Below are positions 24,109-35,590 of a DNA stretch of 41,423 nt, piece by piece. The stretch is from Macrostomum lignano (taxonomy: Eukaryota): NCBI GenBank assembly GCA_002269645.1, contig NIVC01004578.1, positions 1 to 41,423 on the forward strand, read 5' to 3'. The notes beneath the pieces were generated by a model. It was not told the DNA's origin. It saw only the letters and a list, made by a program, of their open reading frames with translations, and did no database searches. Within the stretch, counting starts at the first letter, position 1; each line of letters starts with the position of its first letter. The translations under genes and the position numbers were made by a program.

Positions 24109-26475
24109 AAGGAGAATGTCCAGAGTCGTGTTCATCCCGAAACCCGCCAAGGGTGACTACACCAACGTGAAATCTTTCCGGCCCATCAGCCTCACTTCCT
24201 TTTGTGTTAAGCTGATGGAGAGGCTCATCCTGTGGAGGCTTCGAGAGTGCGACCTGCGCTCCGACCCCGTCAGTAAGTACCAGTACGCCTTCCAGCCCGG
24301 AAAGACGACTGAGCATGCTCTCCATGCCATTACCTCCAAGATCGAGAGTGCCATCCTTAGCAAACAACTCGCTTGCGGATGTTTGTTGACTTCGAAGGAG
24401 CCTTTGACAATGTCCTTTTTCGCTCCTTCAGAAACTCTCTTTCCCGCAGGAATGTGAGACACAGCATTGTTCGCTGGATTTATTTTATGATCCGCAATAG
24501 GTTTGCGACATCTACGCTTATGGGCGTTACCTACACCCGAGCGGTGATGAAAGGCGGCCCGCAAGGTGGCGTGCTAACTCCACTTCTTTGGAATCTCGTC
24601 ATGGACGAACTTCTAACCGCTGACATTCCCAGCAGTATCACCAGGGCGGGCTACGCTGATGACGTTGCCGCGGTCGTCAGCGGACCTGACCCCGCCACTC
24701 TGCGCAACCTGATGCAACAATTCGCCGACAAGGCGGCTGACTGGGCCACGCAACATGGCCTAAAAATCAGCGTCACGAAGACTGTCGCTGTCGTTTTCAC
24801 CAAGCGCCGTGCGTGGGAGATGAAAAACCTCACTGTCTATGGCAGAAACATCCCCTTCAAGAAGGAGGTCAAATACCTCGGTGTGACGCTAACGCATGAC
24901 CTGCGCTGGACGAAGCACCTTGATAACGTCATCGGTCGGGCAAAACGCTGCTTTGCCCAGCTGCGCAGAGCCATCGGGCCAACCTGGGGCCTCTCGCCTA
25001 GAACAGTCCGTTGGATTTATACCGGCATCATCCGGCCCAGTATCACATACGCGAGTCTCATCTGGACTAGCGTGCTGGAGCAGAAGACCGCCCGTCAGCG
25101 CCTACACCAGCTGCAGGGCAGCATTTGTCGTGCCATCACAGGTGCGTACCCGTCTACCCCTTACGAGGGGCTGAACACTATCCTTAATCTCCCTCCGCTT
25201 CACCTATTTATTAGGGCGGAGGCTATGAAGTCCGCCTCCCGACTTATCAGAGATAAAACGTTAAATAACGTACCCTCTGGCTTTATGCCAATGAAAACCT
25301 TAATCCCGCATATGGACTTTGTCCGCCGCGACCTCAACAACATCCACATGGACCTGGGCAATGTGGACAGTCGACTCCCCGCCCTCAACATCAGGAGGGG
25401 CTTCCAGACCGCCATCCCTGGCCGAGACAACATTCCGCTGGATGTCGGCGTGAACCGGCGCAGCCAGGGCATTCACTGCTTCACCGACGGCTCGCTGTTC
25501 AACGGCCGCGCTGGAGCGGGTATTGCCATTTTCCACGAGGGTAAGATGCTTCTCCAGGAAAGTCTGCACCTCGGTGAGAACACCTCAGTTTTCCAAGCTG
25601 AAATTTGCGCCATTGAGCAGTGTGCCCAGCAACTGTTTCAGGCGAACATTAATAATTTTGACATTAATTTCTACACTGATAGCCAAGCTGCTATTAAGGC
25701 CTTAACCACTGAGAATATCTCCGCTGCTACAGTATCTCAATGCCACCGCAGTGTGCAATCTCTCTCAGTCCTTAACAGGATTAGAATTATCTGGACACCT
25801 GGTCACAGCAACATCCTGGGCAACGAGCTAGCGGACTCTCTCGCCAAGGAGGGCAGCAACCCAGACGGCAAGCACCGTCTGATGAGGCTACCCACTCCAA
25901 GGTCGCAAGTCACCCGCCATATCCACAGGTGGCTCCATCAGCAGCACCAGCTCCACTGGAACAGCTGCACCGAGTACAGGCAGAGCCGCTCTGCCATGCC
26001 TAACCTGAACAGGAAAGTCTCTGATTACCTGATTTCGCTTAACAGAACCGACCTCAGGGAGATGTGCATGGTCCTAACCGGCCATGGTTTCTTCCAGAGA
26101 CATATCTCGTTGCAAACCGGTTGCCCTCCCACCTGTCCCTTCTGTGGCATAGGAGAGGAGACCGCGGAGCATCACGTCACCTTCTGCCCTTACTTCAACA
26201 AGGCGCGGCACAAATACATCGGCCACCCCCAGCGGATGGACGAGCTGACCACCCCGGACAATATCCGTGACCTTCGCGCCTTCGTCCGTGACTCCGGCCG
26301 GATGAGGGTCGCTGATGTCTCCACTGTGAACCTGCCGACTACGACTACTGGCGGGGACCGGGTGCACCCCCAAGGTTAATCCTTGTGCTCTTTTACCTTG
26401 GGGTTGCGATAGGGGCCTCGCGGCCTATTCGCGGCGCCTGCGCCCCCCGTCAGTAGTAAGTAAGTAAGTAAGTAG
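24109..26475 (+). mobile_element. 5'-truncated non-LTR retrotransposon with RT, RNase H and CCHC knuckle (I-group, probably LOA/R1-like), antisense in DDR intron 1
   Basis: RT and RNase H ORF, a ~95-bp 3' UTR and a (TAAG)4 tail at 26457-26472. No endonuclease or ORF1 present. Clade assignment is inference from motif style. Confidence 0.95.
24116..26379 (+). CDS. Reverse transcriptase-RNase H polyprotein fragment (~754 aa if the 1-nt frameshift at 24377-24378 is corrected)
   Basis: [52 protein letters not shown]. RNase H motifs FTDGS, QAE, YTDS, WTPGH, NELAD. C-terminal CPFC-X8-H-X4-C. Confidence 0.93.
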
Positions 26476-27621
26476 GTCCGTCACTCTACTCATGACCCCT
26501 CAGATAGATCCGTCACACTACTCCTCATGACCCCCTCAGATAGATCTGTCACCCTACTACTGACCCCCTCAGATAGATCTGTCACTCTACTCATGACCTA
26601 CAATAGATCTGTCACTCTACTCATGACCCCCTCAGATAGATCAGTCACTCTACTCATGACCTACAATAGATCTGTCAGGACTGTCACTCTACTTATGACC
26701 TACAATGGATCTGTCACTCTACTCATGACCTACAATGGATCCGTCACTCTACTCATGACCCCAGATAGGTCCGTTACACTCTACTCATGACCCCAGATAG
26801 GTCCGTTACACTCTACTCATGACCCCAGATAGGTCCGTCACTCTACTCATGACCCCTCAGATAGATCCGTCACTCTACTCATGACCCCTCAGATAGGTCC
26901 GTCACTCTACTCATGACCCCTCAGATAGGTCCGTCACTCTACTCATGTCACTCTACTCATGATAGAGATCAGATCCGTCACTCTACTCATGACCCCCTCA
27001 GATAGGTCCGTCACTCTACTCATGTCAGATAGATCCGTCACTCTACTCATGACCCCAGATAGGTCCGTCACTCTACTCATGACCTCAGATAGATCCGTCA
27101 CTCTACTCATGACCCCAGATAGGTCCGTCACTCTACTCATGACCTCAGATAGATCCTTCACTCTACTCATGACCTCAGATAGATCTGTCATCAACACAAG
27201 CAATTGCAGCATCTGACAATCCTAACTTTTCTAGTTTTATCAATCAACTTTAGCCACGATTCCCTGCCAATGGCTTATATAGGACAACAAGAAGGACGCC
27301 CAGGGACAGATTTGATGTCCAAGAGCGACCTGGCAGCTACACTTTAACTGCTAAGCCTTATCTGTAACTAAAGCCCGGGCTTAGGAGTCGGAAAGCAAAA
27401 GAAGCGCCAGAGATAAAAGCGGCGGGCGGGCTGGTGAACAGTAAATACGAGTTTGCAAGCTATAAAGTAAACTAGCAGCTATGGAGTGTAATGCCAGAGA
27501 AGGCAGATGGGTCAAGATGGATTGATTTGAAAACTTGCCTCTATCTGTTTATCGCAATACGCGAGCGTATAGTCCACCAGTTTTCTAGAAACCTGGCTGC
27601 GGAACTGAAAGAGTCATATAC
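26473..27621. repeat. Right copy of the direct duplication (30/33-bp minisatellite 26473-27185 plus unique 436 bp)
   Basis: The diagnostic CAGGACTGTC variant occurs at 23341 and 26676. This array is about 190 bp longer than in the left copy. Confidence 0.95.
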
Positions 27622-28179
27622 GCTTTGGGCTGGGCCTCTCTATACGTGGGCAGTTAAATTCGTGTAAACTGAAACCTTACACAGGTAAAATGCATGAATG
27701 GCCTAAAAAGTTTCTGCAACAGCCCCGCTCGGTCCCCAAGGAGCAACCCCTAAACTCCCATAAAGTCTTGGAAAGTTTTTTAAAACCACCCTTTGGCATC
27801 TGTCTGTCGCATTGCAACTTGCCTAAAGCCAAAGGTGACTCATGCATGCGAGCCGCGTAACCGCCGGACACGGGGTCATTCAATACCAACCCCGGTGCTA
27901 GGAAACTTTAACACGGGCGGCCTCGATTGTCAAAGATTATCTTTAACCTTGCATGCGATATTGTTTACACGATTGCTTTATTATACTTTATATTTATACT
28001 CTGAAGAGTAAGACTGGTATTGATACAGCGCGTGACTAACAGGCCAGGTCACGAAAGGTGACGAATCGCTTTTGATATTGTCGCGCATGTTTGAGAAGTA
28101 AATTGAAATCCTCAATTTGCAGCAGGATCTCAAAAAAACTGTCATTTCGACACCCTAGTCAAAAGTATAAGTGAATTTG

Positions 28180-28440
28180 GTCATCACACTCCAGTCATTT
28201 GGTCAGCACACTCCAGTCGTTTGGTCAGCACACTCCAGTCGTTTGGTCAGCACACTCCAGTCGTTTAGTCATCACACTCCAGTCATCTGGTCATCACAGT
28301 CCAGCCATTTAGTCATCACACTTCAGTCATTTGGTCATCAGACTCCAGTCATTTAGTCATCATTTAGTCATCACACTCCAGCCATTTGGTCATCAGACTC
28401 CAGTCATTTAGTCATCACACTCCAGTCATCAAGTCATCTG
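28180..28440. repeat. 22-bp minisatellite (CACTCCAGTCATTTGGTCATCA)n
   Basis: About 11 units. Confidence 0.92.
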
Positions 28441-29064
28441 GTTAGTACACTCACGTCATTAGCTGATTTTCTTAAATCCAGCCATAAAATCTTCAGTCAT
28501 AGGATTAATTTACCAACCGATACGATACAAGCTAGCCTAATTTGATACAGTACATGAATTGATTCCACCCCTGGGAAATATCCCTAATGCAACTCGAGAC
28601 AAGCATGCAGAAGGGTTAAATGGGTTCCAGCTCTATTGGATAACATATGCTGCACGTATGTTCAGTCGGGTCAAGCCGGGCAGGCAACCACTGTAGCCAT
28701 ATAGCTGTAGAATTTGTCAAAAGCACATCCAGCATTTCGGGGGCAAAGAAAAGAGATGGGCTCTTCAGTTTTCCCCTTTCTTCCCCTTCCCGGGGGAGCC
28801 GCAAAAGCAGAATCTTGGGCTAGAGTTATATGCAGCTAGACAGGCGGGGAGCAGTGAGAGTCCGACACCCGACATTAAGCAGCTTAGAGGCCACTTTTCA
28901 AATCCCAAAACAAATTATAAGGGTTGCCGGCGCTATGGCTATTTAGACTCGAGAGCCCTATTGCAGCGCATGGCTTAAGTACGCCAGACGCCTACACAAC
29001 CTGCGCCACGCTGTGAAATGACTTACCTGTGAAAGAAACCCTAAAGCAAAATTAACGCAGTTTT

Positions 29065-29128
29065 GGGTAAACGGCAGGAGTAACTATGACTGTCTTATCA
29101 AGCCTAAATGCCTCGGCATCTAATTAGT
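29065..29128 (+). pseudogene. Isolated 28S rRNA fragment (helix 69-71 region, R2/I-PpoI target)
   Basis: 29065-29097 matches GGGTAAACGGCGGGAGTAACTATGACTCTCTTA at 31/33 and 29106-29128 matches AAATGCCTCGTCATCTAATTAGT at 22/23 (28S consensus recalled from memory). The central AGGTAGCC is replaced by TCAAGCCT. Confidence 0.85.
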
Positions 29129-29559
29129 ACCGCGCCGCGCCGTACTAATCGCCGCTCGCCGTACGCGCCGCGCCGCGCCGTATTAGATCCGCGCCGGACG
29201 CCGTCCGCCAAAATGCCCATGCGCTGCAATCAGGCTCGAGAGTAAGACCGCGTGTGGCAACTGTGGTTCCATTTTGCAAGTCGGGAAATTCCAGAAGAAG
29301 CTGACAGCATGCGGGCGCGCGGTGGAGAGCAGCAAAGAAACTGGATACCATACGACTATAGGCAGGCATTAAAGAAATTAACGAGCACAAAAAAGTCAAA
29401 GAAGAAAGGCGCAGACAAGGGTAAACTGATCCAGGCTTCAACTTCTATGAAAAGTTTTCACTTTAAATCAGTTGTCGGCAAACTTTTTTTACTTCAAGGG
29501 CTTTATTTCAAGATAAAGAACCTAGCTAATGGCTGCATGCCAGATGAGAGCGGAAAGAG

Positions 29560-30095
29560 GGGGAATAAGATATGAGGGAGAAAAGTGGAAAGAGAGGAGA
29601 GAGAGAGAGGAGAGAAGAGAAAGGAGATAAGAGGGGAGAAAGGAGAGAAGATAAAAGAGAAGTGGTGAGGAGAGAAAAAAAGAGAGAAGAGGAGAGAGGA
29701 GAAAAGAGAGATGGGAGTGAGGAGAGAAGAGGAGAGAAGAGGGGATTGAGAAGAGACGAGAAGAGAGAGAAGAGGGGAGTGAGGAGAGAAGAGAAAAGAG
29801 AGATGGGAGTGAGGAGAGAAAAAAGAGAGAAGAGAAAAGAGAGAAGAGGGGAGAGAGGAGAGAAGAGAAAAGAGAGAAGAGGAGAGAGAGGATAAAAGAG
29901 AAAAGAGAGAAGAGGAGAGAGAGGATAGAAGAGGGGATTGATGATAGAAGAGAAGAGAGAAGAGGGGAAAGAGAAGACAAGAGAAAAGAGAGGAGAGGAG
30001 AGAGGAGAGAAGAGAAGAGAGAAGAGACGAAAGAGAAGATGAGAGAAGAGAGAAGGGGGAGAGAGGAGAAGGGAGAGAGGAGAGAAGGGAGTTCG
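29560..30095. repeat. GA-rich low-complexity tract
   Basis: Nearly pure purine plus strand. Confidence 0.9.
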
Positions 30096-33048
30096 AGCGG
30101 GTCGGATTGCTGTTGTGAAATTTTAAAGGACTGGAGAGCCGGATAGAGAAGCTTCCCTTGCTTTAAATCTATATCGATCTAGACACAACTAGATGTTTAT
30201 AGATTAGATTAGGTTAATCTATAGGTTGAAGTTGAATCAATCTCAAATAAAACACTGCACACATGGACAGCTGAAGTAGCAGGACGCAACAGTTGATTTT
30301 CTTAGAAATAAGCTGGAGAACTTTGCTTGTTTGCATGCGATCTGGATTCTCCGAAGGTGAGGGACAAAACATGGAGTCAGGAGTTTCACATGCGTTTGAC
30401 TATTTCCCCGAGAAAGGAAAAACTACACAGTATAGGACGACTTCTTTCATTCTATAGACACATCTGAGTCCACTTTCAGGACAACTTGACTGTCCAATAT
30501 CCAGTTCAGCGTGGAAAATGCATGCCCTGAATGGCAGTTCGTGGCAGACCATATAGGTGGGGCTCGACCCGACTTGAAAATTCAAATGCGCAAAAGCAAA
30601 AACTATAAGATTATTACGAGTAGCATATCAATCAATGTCACTTTCTCTTCGCTGGTTCTCTGGAATCTGTGCTCTCTGTGCTGCTCTATTGAGTACTACA
30701 GTATAGAATACAGAACTGTCTGACTATAGAGCTTCTAAGCTTCATTGAATAAGCAATCCAACCAGCTCAAGGTTTGTGTCGCTTCTCAGCTCTCTTCTCT
30801 CTATACTCTCTCCCCTCTCAACTCCTCTCGTCACTCCTCTTATATCTTCCTCATCTCATCTCTAAACTTATCTCTCATCATCTATCCTCTCATTTCGTCT
30901 CTCCTCAGAAAATTTATTTTCTCACTCTATACATATAAACCAAAAAGCCTGTCAGATGCAAAATCCCAAAGGCTAAAACAAACTCAGTCGAGCACAGTTG
31001 AGAGCACAGATAGATTATAGATAGATGCATGGATGCCGGGCAGTTAAAATAATTGCTGCGCTGCCAAGCAGCATGCGGAGCGGCCATTTTTGGGAAGAGT
31101 TTACGCAGCGCAGCTCACCACGTCCAGCTGCAGTCTCCATCTGCTGAATACTCTGATTTATCGCGAGTCCCTGCAGCCGCGAAAATCGCAAACTGCATAG
31201 CCAGCAGGGCCGTCCCATCTCTCAATCCCAAATATCTGGCCGCCCCAGACTATCCCTAGTCCATATCTAAACTGACCCATTTCGAAGCTCCCCTATGCAT
31301 TCTTTTATAAGCTTATTTGTTTTTGTGTTAACCTCAGTTCCGATGAATACTAGACAATGGTCATCAATTTTACAGAGCTATTCATTTATTTATCCCATTT
31401 TGTGCATATATAACAGATTGCCTTCCTAATTAGGAAATATAAGATCCGCTGAACTTTCCTATGTAAAACTAAAACTATATGCTAAGTGCATTACAGCTTG
31501 AAGCTTACATGTATGCATACATAAAAAACGTATAGTAATACTTTCTTAACTTTGCACAGACAAAAGGAAACAATTCTGCCTTCTTCAATAAAGCTAAACA
31601 AAGAGAGCAAACGAAGATTTGCTTTCAGAGAGAGAGAGAGAGAGAGAGTTTTACCTGTGCACAATGCAGGTACGTATAAAATGTGTACAGGTGGGGTCAC
31701 TCAGCTAAGTGCGAGTTTAGTGCGTGGGTGGACCGCTACATTATAATATAATTATCTATGTACAACAATGCACTGTAGCAGTGCAAAGTGCTTCGTGTGT
31801 GGCTGAATGCAACCTCATCTGCACATGCTGAGACCTGACCCCGTCCTGACTCCCATTTATATTATTAACATGCATATCTATACGTATGCTATAAAACGGT
31901 CAACTGAGAGGTCTTTGTTGATTGAGACTTGAATTGAAAGACTGCAAAAGAGAGGGTTAGAGAGGTGAGGCGTGAAAACATGCTTCTTTGTCTTGCTGTG
32001 CACGCGGCATGCGTGAGAGACAGTGAGCGGCAAGGGTTGACAGAGTGCAATCTTCTTACAAACTGTAAAGTAAATCCCCAGACTCCAATCCAATCGATGC
32101 AGTACAGACGGGGTAAATGGATGTAGCTTTAATTTAAAAAAATTAAAACTATCGTTTTTAACGATGTCTTAGTAGGACTAGGAGGACTAAGAGGCGGTGT
32201 ATCTACAAAAGTACACAAAGAACTACGATTAATAAGGCTATTTTATTCACCTATTATACTTTACATCAAGACCATTTATTCACCAATAGTAATTCACAAA
32301 ATAGTATTCACCGAAGCTGAAGCCAGGATAATTGAGCCAAGATAAGATAACGATAATTATATTATTATTAGCAAATCATTTATTTTATCACTGATTTGAA
32401 AAATCTATGCCTGTATTCTTCGCTTCATAATAAACGTATAACTTGGGCAATAATCTTTCCGAGAAATGCCCGCTCCCTGCGGTCTCGGATTTATTGAGTT
32501 GAGTCACACATTTCCCGAATTCGGGAGTCCCATATGTTTGGAGGGGGAGGCGGGGCGACTGCTCACACTGCTCACTCATATTTCGTCTTTTGCGATGTTT
32601 GTTGTGCGCCCCGCTGTGCGTGTGCGAGTTCGGCAGTTGAGCAGTGGGCTTCTTTCTACATCAGCCTATCTAAAATCAACATTTTATCAAGCAGCATATG
32701 GCAGATCTGGAGTCCTTGACTAACCTAGCTCTAAAATTGCTTATAAAGTTAGTAAGCAGAGATAGACTAACAGGAATCCGCTGATTAAACAGTTTGTGGC
32801 TCAGTGGTTGGCTGCTTTTTTCAAGCACGTGCTTTGAGTACAAACTAACAGGGGGTCCCATTTCAACCAATCCTTCCCTATCCCTGGCTGGGCCCCGACG
32901 CCTCACCAATCAAATATTCAACTCAAGTAATCTTATCTTTTTTATTTTAATTTCTCTACTCGATTGATTCCTCTTGTCCTGGACGGGACCTGTCCTGGGA
33001 TAACCCCTAATATCTCAGTTAAATAGCATAAAATAACAAAAAACTTAC

Positions 33049-33133
33049 ATATTATTCGACTTGGCATCCACAGCAGGAGCAGACACGGCAGCAATAGCTG
33101 CTGCAAAAAAGAGATGCTAAATTGTCTGATCAT
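33049..33133 (-). CDS. DDR: DDR-family receptor exon 1 (signal peptide)
   Basis: MIRQFSISFLQQLLLPCLLLLWMPSRII-T|GTAAGT. Hydrophobic leader, and the phase-1 donor joins exon 2 in frame (T+GC=Cys). No homology support beyond this fit. Confidence 0.7.
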
Positions 33134-34269
33134 GTCGATGCGATCTCTCTCATTTACTTGTTAAGTTTCGGATTGAATTCGATGATAAATACGGACGGTT
33201 GTAGTTAAATCCTGACACTTGTGAAAACAGTGCAGACAAGGCAAACGGGGTACTCAAGCGGCAGGTCCCTATTGCCTTTGGTAGCACTGTGGGCCGGGGA
33301 CAAGGGCATTGGGGTTGAAGAATATGGGCCTGTAGGCCTTATTTATTATACTGCTCTTGGGCTGGGGGAAAGGAAGATTGGGGTGGAGTGGACGGGGCCC
33401 CAAAGCTGCTGCAGCCAATCAACGATCGCGGAGGCAATTTTGCGCCCCAACCCCCCACTCTGACCATTTAGGGCCAAAAGATCGCTCGGGCAGGGGACTA
33501 GCCTTGTGTGAGACCAATAAAGTGACTAATGTACGCACAATAGAAATGTGGACAAATAAGGGGACAACAAGTTCTTGAAATTAAACTCTCTTGACTCGCT
33601 CTTTGATTTTCTGTACTATGCTACAGCCTATAGATAGAGACCAGAGGCCAGACTAGAGAGTGAAACAAAAAAAGCGGAAATCTACCCAAAGTTAGATATA
33701 TACATTGTTGTTAGAATAGCCATTTTTCCATAAAAATGTCTAGCCAGCCAAGCTATCATCCTAGCATTTGAATCATTTACTAATTATATCTGCCGAGCAG
33801 TTTGCTTTTATAAGCTTCTTTCTTTTTATAAGCTTAGTTACTAATCTTGATCCTATATCGTCGCAAATTCTGGCACCGAATAAAGCTATTTACGGGCAAT
33901 AAAATACGGTAACTCAAGTAATCCAGTTAGTTAAACTGTAATGAAAAAGTTGGTTCCGCCATTTTAGGCAAAAATATTCCAGCACACTTGGACTAAATTT
34001 TATTTTAGCGCCGCTTTGCTTTTTAAAATGTATCCAAAGCCAATTGAGTCAGTATAATGCAGAGAAATTAAAGTGAAGCGGTGTGAGTTGATTGGCTTTT
34101 CAACAGAAGCTACGCATATAATACAAAGGTCTATGCACTGAGTTTCTACATTTGAACTAGTCTGTGTTAATCTTTTGTTTATTATAAGTTCTAACTAAAA
34201 ATATTGAAGAATACAATTTTGAAAAAAAGGTGAAGACTTGTCATAAAAAGAGACTAAGGAGTGAGACTT

Positions 34270-35590
34270 TGATGAGATTCAGAGGGAGAGTCAGCTGTTC
34301 AGAGGGAGAGTCGGATGAGATTCAGGGGGAAAGATTCAGAGGGAGAGAGTCAGATGATCAGATTCAGAGGGAGAGAGTCAGATGATCAGATTCAGAAAGA
34401 GAGAGTCAGATGATCAGATTCAGAAAGAGAGAGTCAGATGATCAGATTCAGACAGAGAGAGTCAGATGATCAGATTCAGACAGAGAGAGTCAGATGATCA
34501 GATTCAGACAGAGAGAGTGAGATGATCAGATTCAGACAGAGAGAGAGTCAGATGATCAGATTAAGAGGCAGAGAGAGTCAGATGATCAGATTAAGAGGCA
34601 GAGAGAGTCAGATGATCAGATTCAGAAAGAGAGAGTAAGATGATCAGATTCAGAGGCAGAGAGAGTCAGATGATCAGATTAAGAGGCAGAGAGAGTCAGA
34701 TGATCAGATTCAGAGGCAGAGAGAGTCAGATGATCAGATTAAGAGGCAGAGAGAGTCAGATGATCAGATTCAGAGGCAGAGAGAGTCAGATGATCAGATT
34801 AAGAGGCAGAGAGAGTCAGATGATCAGATTCAGAGGCAGAGAGAGTCAGATGATCAGATTCAGAGGCAGAGAGAGTCAGATGATCAGATTAAGAGGCAGA
34901 GAGAGTCAGATGATCAGATTAAGAGGCAGAGAGAGTCAGATGATCAGATTCAGAAAGAGAGAGTCAGATGATCAGATTCAGAGGCAGAGAGAGTCAGATG
35001 ATCAGATTAAGAGGCAGAGAGAGTCAGATGATCAGATTCAGAGGCAGAGAGAGTCAGATGATCAGATTCAGAAAGAGAGAGTCAGATGATCAGATTCAGA
35101 CAGAGAGAGTCAGATGATCAGATTCAGACAGAGAGAGTCAGATGATCAGATTCAGACAGAGAGAGTCAGATGATCAGATTCAGAGGCAGAGAGAGTCAGA
35201 TGATCAGATTCAGAGGCAGAGAGAGTCAGATGATCAGATTCAGAGGCAGAGAGAGTCAGATGATCAGATTCAGAGGCAGAGAGAGTCAGATGATCAGATT
35301 AAGAGGCAGAGAGAGTCAGATGATCAGATTAAGAGGCAGAGAGAGTCAGATGATCAGATTAAGAGGCAGAGAGAGTCAGATGATCAGATTCAGAGGCAGA
35401 GAGAGTCAGATGATCAGATTCAGAGGCAGAGAGAGTCAGATGATCAGATTCAGAGGCAGAGAGAGTCAGATGATCAGATTAAGAGGCAGAGGGAGTCAGA
35501 TGATCAGATTCAGAGGGAGAGATTCAGGCGGAAGAAGATTCAGAGGGGAGAGAGTCAGAAGGAGAGATTCAGGAGAGATTCAGAGAGAGA
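34270..35590. repeat. 30-bp minisatellite (GAGAGAGTCAGATGATCAGATTCAGAGGCA)n between the two genes
   Basis: About 40 units. Source of the MIRFRGRESQ ORFs. Confidence 0.96.

Noticed and set aside
26405-26450. HDV-like ribozyme in the LINE 3' UTR (CCTCGC core)
   Set aside because: The nested P1/P2/P3 pairings could not be built, and such ribozymes normally sit at element 5' ends.
27865-27902. Hairpin followed by CTAG as a second Helitron 3' end
   Set aside because: CTAG is followed by G rather than T, spacing is atypical, and no matching 5' TC end was found.
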